This document shows positions 30,291-42,029 of a stretch of DNA of 64,000 nucleotides, piece after piece. Below the pieces are notes generated by a model. It was not told the origin of the DNA and did no database searches. It saw only the letters and a program-made list of their open reading frames with translations. A program made the translations under genes and the position numbers. Source of the stretch: Camelus dromedarius (lineage: Eukaryota); the NCBI RefSeq assembly GCF_036321535.1, contig NC_087472.1:98582001-98646000 (forward strand), written 5' to 3'. Position 1 is the stretch's first letter. Each line of letters starts with the position of its first letter.

Positions 30291-33200
30291 CCTTGGCAAA
30301 GGAAACACTTGAATTCTTCATCATTATGCTTACCATCTCTTATTGCGATCCTTAAATCTCTACTTGTTTTTGATCAGTTTCACTTTGTATTGTTTAAAAA
30401 TCTATGTCAGTATTAAATGGATATTGTATAACATGTTTAAACTACACAGTATAATGAAATATAAGGTGAGCCTGCAAGTGTTCCTGCAATTTAGAATGCA
30501 GTTCAGATAAGGACTAGTAGATCTGAGACTGAAAGACATAGCTCTCTGGGAAAACTTAAAGCAATTTTAGCAGCAAAAGGACAACTCTGTTCTACGTAGA
30601 AGATGACTGGTAACCACTTGTATAAAAGGGATTCTTCTGATTTTTTTTGGTAATATTTATACCAAAGGATTTTAAATTCTATTTATCTTAAGTTTTAAAA
30701 ACAGAAGGAGAGTTTTAAATTTTAAATTAAAGCCTAGTAAGTAATATGCCTTTAATAAAGCTAAAGGGAACATAAAATGGTAATGAGTATTATAACTGAC
30801 CCTCTGGATTCTGTTATAAACTACCCAAGATGGCAACAAAGGATTAGTGACTGAATAGCAGTTAACAGACAGGGCTAGCTATGACTTAAGAAACTTTTAA
30901 AAACAGAAGAGTGTCACAGGCTGGATTTAATGATTTTGTTATTTTTTTTCTTTCCATTTGTTTATATTAATTTCAAGTATGAATTAATATAATTAATAGA
31001 GCATATTCTCAGGAAGAAATGGGAGGTATTCATACTATGTTCTATATTCATATTATATTTTATATAGATTTGCATATATTGTGTATGGCTGGTTCACCCA
31101 AATCTGAAAGTTCCTAAGGGAGAAAAAGATCCGAATATAGCGCACTTAGTATAAAATAAATAATGGCTTTAACAGTTGTAAAAACAACATTTTAGTCACT
31201 GTGGAGATTTGAAAAACAGCAACTCAACATCAATATACTAACCAATAACAGATAGCATTATTTCATTATCTCTGAACAGCATTCCTTCATTATTACTGAA
31301 TTTACCAGACACTTTCCAGATCAATATGTGAAGCTTCAGCTACTGTATTTTAAAAAAGAAAGGAAATGCAGAAAGTGTTCTAAGTACAAACAATAGTGAA
31401 AAGGTAAGGAGTAAGAAAGAAATCCTTTATCAGCCTTGGAGCACACTTAGCCAGACAGACATGACTGAGCTACTTAAAAGTATTTTTATTTATACTTTTC
31501 TAAGTAAGGGAAGTACTGGTCAGTTATTCTTCTAGTATATTGGAGGAAATGAAGATTAAATTTAGATTAAAAATCAGAAATTCATCTGATATAGGAAAGA
31601 ACTTCAGGCTCATAAGCTTAACAAAAGGTTTTACAAAAGGAAATTCCTACTTCTGGGTATATACATTATATAAAAGGAACAAGAGTATAAAACTAAGATA
31701 AACTGAGCAAACAATAAACAGATGAATATGCATTTTAAGATGGAAGAATGTCATCAAAGTTACAATTTAAGTACAGCTTAAACAATCCAGGTTTCTTATC
31801 AATAACATGGAAAATAAAAACAAAAAGTTTAATTTTGGTAAATAGTGTATACACACTAAAGTAGTTATTGAGGTAAATGGATACTTCAATTAAAATAGTC
31901 TAGAGGACAGAGCATGTATTTATGTCATTGGCTTATATGTTAGTATAATTCAGTATTAAAAATCATGCAACTCTGTGTCAATTTAGGATACATTTGCATT
32001 GTATCTGGTGAACAAGACAGGCTTTGTTTTTTTACAAAATATTACACATTTATTTAAATATTAAACAGTGAGAACTCTAAATGATGTAAGCCTCATTCAG
32101 AAATACAGTATCCTCAGTACTTGAGTACTGTTGAGCTAGCAATTTTGCACTTCTAGCTATGATAGTTTCCTAACAAGACAGGAGTGAACAATCATTGGTA
32201 ACTTTGAAAGAGTTCACAAACAGAATTTAAATTGATATTTAAAAGTATTATTCTACATACATAGTTCCTAATGCAGGAAGAATTTCTTGCTCATATGAAT
32301 AAAGAGAACTGAATGAGAAACAATTTTTAAACTTAAAAACTAATATGATAGAGTAAAATTTCAATTTTAAACCAATGTAAAAATTATATCTGTATACAAC
32401 AAAGATTAAGAGTTTCAAATAGCTTCAGAAAGCAACTGTAGGTGCAAATAAATAATAAAGGTCATATCAACTTTGTTCCAACAAGGCCTAGAAAACCGTG
32501 ATCCATTTAGGTTTCGAACTCTGATGGTGGGGGAAAAGCTCAATAAAACAATTAGCAAAGTGGAAAGAAACCACCACCACTGCTTCATTAAATCAACAAT
32601 CACTGAGTATCTGCTACATGATTCAAATGGCAACTGCTACATTCAAGGATTTCACAACCTGGGATAGTGTTTCCAGTGAAATATTTGGCTTTGTCCTTAA
32701 CATGACTGATGTTAAGCATGCTGCTGTTGTGTTTCTGATAACGGAAAAGAAGCAAGAACATTTTAAAAACAACAATCATCTAAGAATTATGAGGTTAGTA
32801 CTGAACAGTGACAGAACATCAGTCCCACTGTGCACCTACTTTGATGAGCAAGAAGTGGACTCGTGACACTTCCAGCTTACTTACGATGACCTTCCTGAGA
32901 CATCGTAATATGAATGAAAGTTGAGACAAGAGCCTCCACCACTCCTCTGATTTCCAATAGGGAAATAGAGCCAGGAGTCCCCAGACAGATGAGAGCACTC
33001 ATTAGAAGGCACCCTACTTTCTAGGCTCACGATTGATAAGGATCTGGATATATTAGTGGCTCAACTAAGATATAGGTTATTAGGAAGATAATTTACTTCA
33101 GATTCAAATAGCAAGAGTGAAGCAGTTTGTTACAACTGGATGAGCTTCTGGAAAATCCAGGCATTGTATATTCAGTTTATGGGCAAATAGGGAACAAACA

Positions 33201-33307
33201 GCAGAAACCTGGAAGCAATGTCTTTAATTATAGTAGAAAAATTCAAAGTTGTCATATGTGATTTTATGGAGAAAAGAGCTAATCACATGGTACCAGTTAT
33301 TAATTTA

Positions 33308-33700
33308 CTGGGTCTCAGCTTCAAATTCGTCCTTCAGTGCTTGCTCTATGATAATAGGTAGGACTTTATGAATATTTCTGCTTTATAATAAGCACAATAA
33401 GCACAATGTTAAATTTTTGTCACTAAAAGGTGCTGAAGGGATACTGCAGGAACAAAACGATAATTAAAAACCAGATTAAAAGCATTATAAACACAGAATA
33501 AATCATGGATTTATCCTCGGTGTGGGGGAGGGTGTCTACCTACAAGCTGTCCTTCCTTGGGTACTCTCCCCGAGTCTGAGGACAAGCTTTAGAGTCTCTT
33601 TACATCTATATAAGTACTCTTCTATCATAGGTTAACAATTATTTAGAGTAAGCTTCCTTTAAGTTACTGTGTGATTTCCATCTCCAGAATGATTCAATTA
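33308..33700 (+). mobile_element. Old ERVL-type (MLT2-like) LTR fragment
   Basis: ctgggtctcagcttcaaattc...ttttgtcactaaaaggtgctgaagggatactg...ttactgtgtgatttccatctcc; resemblance from memory only. Confidence 0.45.
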
Positions 33701-36700
33701 CCTCGAAGAAATCTTTACATTTAGGGTGACAAAAACCATAGTTTAAAAAAATCCAGTCTCTTTGATCACATTAAGTGTGGTCTTAGATTAAGACAGTCCT
33801 TCAGTTTATCTCTTTATGTGGCCATCGTGTTTTCTACTGATTTTGAGTTAGTCATCAAAGAATTATGGCATTTAGACCTTTAAAATCAGACACTCCAATC
33901 CCCTGACTTAATCAGAGAGGCTAATTTAGTTTGTTCACAGCTGAAGTGAACAAGTGCCAGAACGGGATGAGGACACAAAACCTCTTTAACTCTCAAATTG
34001 GTGCTCTTTCTGCATTACTCTTCCTCACTTGATTCCACAACAAAAACAAATACTCTTTGAGAACAAGGATTGTACACTCAGAGTCAGCCTGATTATGAAA
34101 GTATTTTACAATGCATACTGTGTTCAGCAAATACGATGTTAGTAAGAACATCCATAAATATATCAACTTATACACTGTCTATCCAAATTATAGTAAGGCA
34201 CACTAAAAACAGATTATTTTAATTTTTTATGTGCGGTCACATTCCCTTTAGTATATATACATCTTTTTCCATCACAGAAAAGACAAACATCTAACTCCAT
34301 CATGTTCTGATTGGATTTCTTCATTCCTGAATAGGACATCGGTTGTCTGGAATTTAATTTATAGTTAAAATAATTTATAAGGCAATAAACCATCAAACTG
34401 CCAAAACCTGAAGATAATCTAATACAATACTCAAGAAATCAGTGCCCATTTCAGTAACAGTATTAGTGTAATTCTTTGGGCTGGCCAGAAAGATTGTGAA
34501 GGGGGGCCAAGATAGCATTAACTTCAAAATAAAAAAAAAAGCATCTGAATGCTTTTCATCTACAAAACCCAGTATTAGAATTCATGTTTTAATGCAGTTA
34601 ACCATAATTTGTATGTTCAAATGCTACAGTTACAACCAAAATGTCAACCATACAAAAGCATTCAGTTTGCAATGGACCAAGACCACAGCTTAGAGAAGAG
34701 TCTACTAACTGGCAAAGCTGCCTTTTCACAGCATCAAGGACCTTCTGAAGACCAAAAGAAAATTATTTTTATAAAATCATTAGAGTGCACTGTTTTTAAG
34801 ACATCTCTAAAAGTAAAATATTAATATGATCACTTTTATTTTATTATGGGGCATGGTGTTGCCCTAGTACTTACATCTTCAAGGTTTTGGGAGATTAGGG
34901 GAGGAAAACTATGGCTACATAAACGACAGGATGCAGACGGTGGCGCAAAGCCTAAGATGAGCTTATTTTCTCCTCCAAGCTCTTCTCTTAACCCAACTGT
35001 TGGTTCTATACAGTTTTAGCCATTTCTAGTCTATAGCAGAGAAGGCACAATAATCACAGCCGAAATGGATCTTAGGAGTAGAGGTCAACATTTAAAGAAA
35101 GGGAAAAATTATATACAAAAAGATCATGAAATAAAACAGATAGTTAACTGGCCAAAATAAGCCTAATTCACAATCAAACCTAAAAAAGTAACAAACAAAC
35201 AAAAAATAAATAAAGAGAGGAGAGAGAAGAGGAGACAGCATTCACGAAAATGCCCTGTAAACTGTAAAGTACTATACAATTAAAAGATAATACTAACAGT
35301 AAAATAATAAAATAGGCATTCAGTCTATTTATTCCTCTTATTATGTTTATAAAAACAATGGGGTTAAAATGCTAGTACAATTAAATGCCATATACAAGAC
35401 CACACTGTTGGTTAACGTCAAAGGTGTATTTGAGCTCAGTACAATCTAACATAAACAGTGTGACTCTAATGCTCATGCCTAGCCTGGCATTTCCATGAGT
35501 TTATCAAAGCTGAAAAGTGTTCCTGGCTCACCAACTAGAGCAGCAGGGCTGTGACAAGCAGAGTAAGTCTGCTAAAGCACAAGGTCTGAAATGGCTTCTC
35601 AGGAATGCTTCTCTCCCCAGAGTCAAAGCCTGTAATGAAAGGTAGGAATGGGCAGGAAGTAGGGTACAGAACTGAAGAGAACTCCAGATTCCCTGTAACT
35701 GTTTTACTGTATAAAACAGTGATCTGGGCAGAGCAAAAACCGATGGCTCCAACATGCCAGGGAATGTGTGTAATCAAGGACAAAGCCTAACCGAGAGGGA
35801 GTATCAGATCGAGAGGTGAAATACATTACTCTTTATCATCAGTTGACAGCCATTCAGAAAAACAGTACCCTAATATCTGCACTTCTCTTTGTCCTTTACG
35901 GTTGCACTCTGCCATCTGTTCCATTATATTTAATGGCAAATTCCAAGGAAACTCAAGCTGTCCAGTCTCCTTTGATTCATTCTCACATTTCACATTAATA
36001 GACATCTCTGTCTACTACTGCAAACAAACAACCAACCCTCCTTTCTGCCCAGCTTTTTGGTCTTCAGAGTCTACTACTTTCCCATTTTAAGCATAAACAA
36101 CTCTCTCCAATTGTAAAGATAAGAAGGGTGAACAGGAAATCTAGCCTAAGGATAGTCCAAGTCACTTATGACTATTTCACTACGTGTAGCATAAAATTAT
36201 CCATTAAAGGCCATCAGGATTATAAAGATACTAAATGTATACTTTTATAATTTTTCATTATAAAAATAATGCAAACTAACTGAAGGAAATGGAGAGGACA
36301 TCTGAAACAAACGAAAAATCAGCTGTTATCTTACAACAGTAGATATTAATATAGAATATTTTCTTTCCCAATTTTCAATGATGATTTATTCTGTTTATAA
36401 TGCTTTACCCTGGTTTTTACTTAACATTATCATTTAGAATCTTTCCATTAATTTTGGCACAAAATATTTTAGGTATATTCATACATTTATGTATGAATAG
36501 TTTATTTAAAAATCATATATTCACAAATAAAATTTCAAATAGTAACTATGAACAGTAAATATTTCATCCTGTGAATGCACCATACTTTACCAAAGCATTA
36601 CCCTATTATTTCCTATTTTTCATTATTACATATAGTGCTGCTATAAATATTTTCCATAGAAAATGTTACTGTGTTTTAGAATTTATTTTTAGACTAGATT

Positions 36701-36714
36701 TCCAAAATAGTATT

Positions 36715-36945
36715 GGAATATGAATTCTGGGGCCAGACTACTTGAGTTAAAATCCTGTCCTAAACCCTTTTCAACTATGTCACTTTGGGAAAGTCATCCA
36801 AACTATCTGTGTTTCAGTTTCCTCATCTGTAAAATGGAGATGACAGTAATAGCACGCACCTTTATGAGGAACAAATGAGTTAGTTTGCATAGAGCATTTA
36901 AAATAGTGCCTGAGGTATACTGTAAATACTACATGTTAGTATTAA
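36715..36945 (+). mobile_element. MIR SINE, well preserved
   Basis: tctggggccagactacttgagtt...ctttgggaaagtca...tcagtttcctcatctgtaaaatggag. Confidence 0.9.
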
Positions 36946-37323
36946 TGTTTTTGAGCCCTAAAATTGACTAAAACTTAAAAAGGTTTTATGAATGTACATG
37001 CCAAGCAGTGAAGTATGTCCATTCCAATTTCATCAGATTCTCACCAGCATTTGGATATTATTTGGATATTTTTAGTGTGTGTAACAGTGTGTGTATTTGT
37101 GCTTATGAATTGATAAGATGAAAATTTATATTTTGTTTTCTGAGGATGACTGCCACTGGAAAGTCATGGTAGTCTTTATGATTTAACTTAGAAATGCAGA
37201 GCTTGTTTCTTTAAAAAATATATAAATCCAATGACATTTGCATTATCTTTTTGAGCTATCATTAAAAACCCTCATTTTAAAAATATTAGTGAGAACTCAC
37301 ATACTTTCTTATTCCTCACCATC

Positions 37324-37558
37324 TGTTATAGACTCAATGTTTGTGAACCTCCCAAATTCCTATGTTAAAACCCCAAGGTGATGGTATCTGGAAGTGGAGC
37401 ATGTGAAAAGTGATTAAGTTATGAGTTTGGAACCCTCTTGAATGGGATCAGAGTCCTTGTAAAAGAGACCCCAGAGAGCTTCCTCGCCCCTTCAATCGTG
37501 TGAGGACACTCTCTGAATCAAGGAACAGGCCCGCACTAGACACTGAATCTGTTGGTAT
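37324..37558 (+). mobile_element. MLT1A-like MaLR LTR, partial
   Basis: tgttatagactcaatgtttgtg...cccaaattcctatgttaaaacccc...gaatgggatcagagtccttgtaaaagagacccc. Confidence 0.8.
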
Positions 37559-38465
37559 ACTATTTTATTATTTTTTTAAAAAATAACTCTTATTGTGAGA
37601 AAAGTAATACACAAGGACACGACCCTGTAGTGAAGGCTGGGCCATATTGCATACAAAGGCCAGGAAGGGAAGTAGAGTAAGAACACGGAAATACAAGTGC
37701 TTTCTGAGCTGAACTGACTGGTTAGTGCCTTCCACTGTCTCGATCATCATTAGAAAAGATCTTTAAGGTCTCAAATTGCCAAAGTAAATATACTGCATTC
37801 ATTTCTAAACTTCAATGTTGCTTATGTTGTCCCGCATTTCTAAAAGAGGTGAAATCATTAGGACAGAACAGCACCAACTAAGAAATAGATTTACAAAAAA
37901 AGCAGCAAACTGTGGACTAAGAAGAAAGAAGATGCCTTTCTACAAAGTATAATGTACTCACACTCAATATTTCTAGTAGTAAAATAAAATACCTGCAAGA
38001 TCATTAATCGATTAAAAAAATATTGTCATGTTAAAACCTAGAAGGTTGGCGAGTATAGAATCACAGCAGTGGCAGTTTGATATTTTATGAAGTATTTCAT
38101 TCAAATGACAGTAGAGGTGAATTACTTCTGTTATACAACCAAGTATTTTTCTCTGACCTCTTTTTGTCACAGATAAACAGTGAAAAATTCCAATATCAAA
38201 TTGTCTTCTCCAGATTCTTAATTTTATTATATTCCAACCTTGCTTTATATTACATTAAAATACTGTATCCTATTTTTTTTATTAAGTTACAACAGAATAG
38301 TTATAACTAATATAACCTGTTAAATTTTGACTCTTTTGTACTTTTCCTATAAAATACACCAGGCTTACTTTTTTTTCACAAGCTGCAGCTTTTAATTTAA
38401 TAACTAGTTAAAAAAGGGAATATAAAATTTTTAATGAAGATGAAAATTAATCCAAGTATACTTAC

Positions 38466-38507
38466 CACATGAAGAATTTTATTCTCTGTTTCATATACAG
38501 TACAATC
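38466..38507 (-). CDS. CNKSR2: CNKSR2 coding exon (probably exon 5), 42 bp; DCTVYETENKILHV
   Basis: Acceptor ttttcttttttag|GAT and donor GTG|gtaagt; phase 0/0; peptide matches CNKSR2. Confidence 0.96.
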
Positions 38508-39058
38508 CTAAAAAAGAAAAAGAAACAGACACATTAGTTTAAAAAAGAATCAAGCATTCTTTTAAAAATACTTCCTTAGGAATTATACTACAATTTTAAA
38601 GTCTTGAAAATTCAAGCAAAAACAGCAATAAGAATGGGGAAAAAACCTGGAATGCTATATGCCAAAATATTCACAGTAGTTATCTCTGATGGTCAGTTAC
38701 AGGGATATTCTTTTTTATTTTATTTTATTTTATTTTATTTTACATTTTTAAATTGAGTTATAGTTATTGTACAATGTTGTGTCAAATTCTAGTGTAGAGC
38801 ATAATTTTTCAGTTATACATGAACATACATATATTCATTGTCACAGTTTTTTTTTGTTATGAGCTACCACAAGATCTTGTGTATTTTTCCCTGTGCTATA
38901 CAGTATAATCTTGTTTATCTATTCTGCATTTTAAAATCGCAGTCTGTCCCTTCCCACCCCCCCCCCCGGCACCCTTGGCAACCGCAAGTTTGTATTCTAT
39001 GTCTATGAGTCTGTTTCTGTTTTGTATTTATGCTTTGTTTTGATTTTTTTTTTATTTT

Positions 39059-39427
39059 TTAGATTCCTCATATAAGCGATCTCATATGGTATTTTTCTTT
39101 CTCTTTCTGGCTTACTTCACTTAGAATGACATCCTCCAGGAACATCCATGTTGCTGCAAATGACGTTATGTTGTCGGTTTTTGTGGCTGAATAGTATTCT
39201 ATCGTATAAATATACCACAGCTTCTTTATTCAGTCATCTGTTGTTGGACATCTAGGCTGCTTCCCTGTCTTGGCTATTGTAAATAGTGCTGCTATGAACA
39301 TTGGGATGCAGGTGTCATCCTGAAGTAGGGTTCCTTCTGGATAGATGCCCAGGAGCAGGATTCCTGGGTCCTATGGTAAGTCTATTCCTAGTCTTTTAAG
39401 GAATCACCATACTGTTTTCCACAGTGG
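39059..39427 (-). pseudogene. L1 ORF2p C-terminal remnant (~123 codons, 4 premature stops)
   Basis: Translates PLWKTVW*FLKRLGIDLP*DPGILLLGIYP...MFIAALFTIAK...DD*IKKLWYIYTIEYYSA...ILSEVSQKEKEKYHMRSLI*GI*. Confidence 0.92.
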
Positions 39428-39570
39428 CTTTCCTTGCTTCCCTCTCCCACTCTTAATGATTTAGATGTCTTCTTTTACAATTTTGTGCTTATTCTTTTTG
39501 TAATTCATGGCAGTTATCTCCTTTCCAGTTATGAGTTTCTCATTTTTGTAGCATCCTGCTTCTTTTCTAT

Positions 39571-40476
39571 TTAGAGTAGACCTGTGAATATTTCTTTTAG
39601 CATGGGTTTAGTGTTGCTAAACTCTTTTAGTTTTTGCTTGTCTGCGAAATTCTTTATCTCTCCTTCTATTGTAAAGGATAGCCTTGCTAGACAGAGTATC
39701 CTAGGCTGCATCTTTTTTTTCATTCAGGACTTTGAATATATCTTGCCACTCCCTTCTGGCCTGTAGTGTTTGTGTAGAGAAATCAGCTGAGAGCCTTATG
39801 GGGGGGTTCCCTTGTAACTCACTCTTTGTTTTTCTCTTGCTGCCTTTAGGATAATTTCTTTTTCCTTGACACTGGCTATCTTGATTATGATATGTCTTAG
39901 TGTGGGTCTGTTTGGGTTCTTCCTGTCTGGGACCCTTTGAACTTCCTGTACTTGGATATCTGATTCCTTCTTTAAGTTTGGGAAGTTTTCAGTCATGATT
40001 TCTTCAAAAACCTTTTCGATCCCCTTTGATCTTTCTTCCCCTTCTGGAACCCCTATTATGCGTAGATTGGCACGCTTTATATTATCCCATAGGTCCCTTA
40101 TATTGTTTTCATTGTTTTTTATTTGTTTTTCTCTCAGCTGTTCTGATTGGGTGTTTTCTGTTGTCCTGTCTTCATGGTCACTTATTCGTTCTTCTGCATT
40201 ATCTAGCCTGCTTTGTACAGCCTTTAGGTCAGCTCTCATCTCAGCAAATGAGTTTACTAATTCTACTTGGTTCTTCTTTATAGCTTCTATTTCATGTTTG
40301 ACATATTTTATATCTCTAAACACTATTTCTTTTAGTTCCTTCAGTACTTTGATCACTCCTTTTTTGAAATCTTGATGTAGTAGGCCATCAATGTCTATTT
40401 CCTTGATCGTGCTTTCAGGGGATTTCTCTTGATCTTTTAATTGGGAGTGGTTCCTCTGCGTCTTCATATTGCTCAT
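39571..40476 (-). pseudogene. L1 ORF1p (~300 codons) broken only by two homopolymer frameshifts
   Basis: ORF 39796..40476 has a coiled coil and the L1 ORF1 motifs RDLWDNIKRANLRIIGVPEGEE, IMTENFPNL and ILKAAREK. It continues out of frame as IRLSADFSTQTLQARREWQDIFKVL...KEIFTGLL* to the TAA at 39571. Confidence 0.92.
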
Positions 40477-40657
40477 ACCTCTCTAGCACTGTGGCTTAAG
40501 GAGTATCAATTATCTAGTTCTCCTGGAGACGGTGTGCTCTTAATGATTTTATCGAGAGGTCTTTGCGTCTTCGCCCTGTTTCACTAACTCAGCTTGTTGT
40601 TTCCAGAGGCCCTCTATTGGTGCCTTCGTCTGCGCTGCTCCCAGTGGCTGTCGGCTA

Positions 40658-40819
40658 GCAGATCGTGCCCCCTCCTAACACTGGGTCAGGAGCTGAGCTC
40701 TTACCCAGTGGGTGGGTGGGTCACTCCCCCTCCTGATGCCGCAGTCAGATGCTGCGCTCAGGGGGAGGCAGGTGGGCAGATTGTACCCCCTCCCAGCACT
40801 GTGGTCAGGTGCTGCGTTC
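40658..40819 (-). repeat. Three diverged ~59-bp GC-rich monomers in the L1 5'UTR
   Basis: Plus-strand core ccccctcc...gtcag.wgctg.gytc recurs starting at about 40658, 40718 and 40776. Confidence 0.75.
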
Positions 40820-41269
40820 TACAGGGATATTCTTATTTTTGCTTAACTTCATTTTCTAATTTTACTAATTTTAAACACACATAATAAATGTCAATACACA
40901 TTAGACATAAAAATATTGGAAAAATTATTGAAATCATTTCCTGTCTAAACTTTTACATGTGGATAAATATATTTTGCTGAAATAGTTTCAACATTTCAAA
41001 TGTTAATTTATTATAGACTGGAACATTAAGAACAACACTAATATTTATTTCAATAGACATATCAAAATCTCAAGAAATGCTTTATAGCAAGCTATCAAAC
41101 ATACCTTATATTATGCATTTAAAATTGATACATGCTACCAATAAATACCAAGATTATAGTTCTTGCCTAAATTTGAGTCCCTGAAATTATAAAAAATTAT
41201 TTAAAAAAATTCACCTTTGTCTGCAATTGCTAGACTTAAACTAAGCAGTAATATAGCAATGTGATCTCT

Positions 41270-41450
41270 GCTTAGAAACTTCGTGTTTCTATGGTTCAAT
41301 TTCCTCAAGGAATTTATAAAATGGGCATGATTATTAGTCATAACTCAGTAAGAGTGTGTAAGAATCAAATGAGATAATGAGATAAACAGCTTAGCACAGT
41401 AGCTGGCATACAGTAAATGATAAATACATTTTAACTATGACTTATTGTTG
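41270..41450 (+). mobile_element. MIR SINE
   Basis: tcaatttcctc...ataaaatgggcatgatt...gcttagcacagtagctggcatacagtaa. Confidence 0.7.
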
Positions 41451-42029
41451 TTCTGCATCATTATTTAAAAAAATTTAACTATTTTTACCTCAAAAATGTG
41501 GCTATTTAATTTTGAAAAAAAATCCATTTTCCACAGTACTGCATATTTCAAGGAATGAGAGTCCATTTCATTTTTTCCCCTGAATTTAATTTTAACAAAA
41601 AGGAATCTTGTTCAACAGAGTTTTTGATAATGTCATTTCACTACAGTACTTTGTCAGAAGTAGTACATATTCTCATCAGGGGCAAAATATTTAAAGTTCA
41701 ATTCTGGTCTAATTCACTTCACAAACTAATAGAAATACTTAAGGATTGTGCCTTGCCATTCTGAAGGGCTCCTATGCCAAAGGAGTTTGTTACAAACACA
41801 ATCATATCTATGTCTATATACTTTATATAAAGTCAACTCAATAATTCAGTATGAATTATACAGAGAGAGGAGCCAAGGTGTAGACAATATATTTATATTT
41901 GGAAAATGCATTTGTACTTACATCTCAATTTGAAAGAGTTCAATTTTATAAAGTTAACTTCAAACACAGTTACACTTGGGAAAAGCTGGGAAGCTGCCCA
42001 GTCTCCCCCAAGCTGCCTCTACAGCTTGC

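Larger units (their letters stand above)
38713..40819 (-). mobile_element. Internally deleted, lineage-specific LINE-1 derivative (half-L1-like), 2.1 kb
   Basis: Perfect 15-bp TSD TACAGGGATATTCTT at 38698-38712 and 40820-40834. Order on the minus strand: GC-rich 5' monomers, ORF1, short spacer, ORF2 C-terminal remnant, 3'UTR, (AATAA)n tail. Confidence 0.93.

Noticed and set aside
36476..36499. Near-perfect palindrome TATTCATACAT-TT-ATGTATGAATA
   Set aside because: Short, AT-rich and within old L1-like sequence; too small for a pre-miRNA.
37993..38037. Possible 45-nt stop-containing exon (ccttctag|GTT...CAG|gtattt)
   Set aside because: The donor is weak and the pyrimidine tract short; indistinguishable from background pseudo-exons.
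40658..40819. Repeat-spacer-like periodicity (CRISPR-like)
   Set aside because: These are diverged tandem monomers in an L1 5'UTR of a mammalian genome; there are no identical repeats and no cas genes.
39995..40884. Plus-strand ORFs of 126, 85 and 96 aa
   Set aside because: They are antisense shadows of L1 ORF1 and its 5'UTR, with no independent coding evidence.
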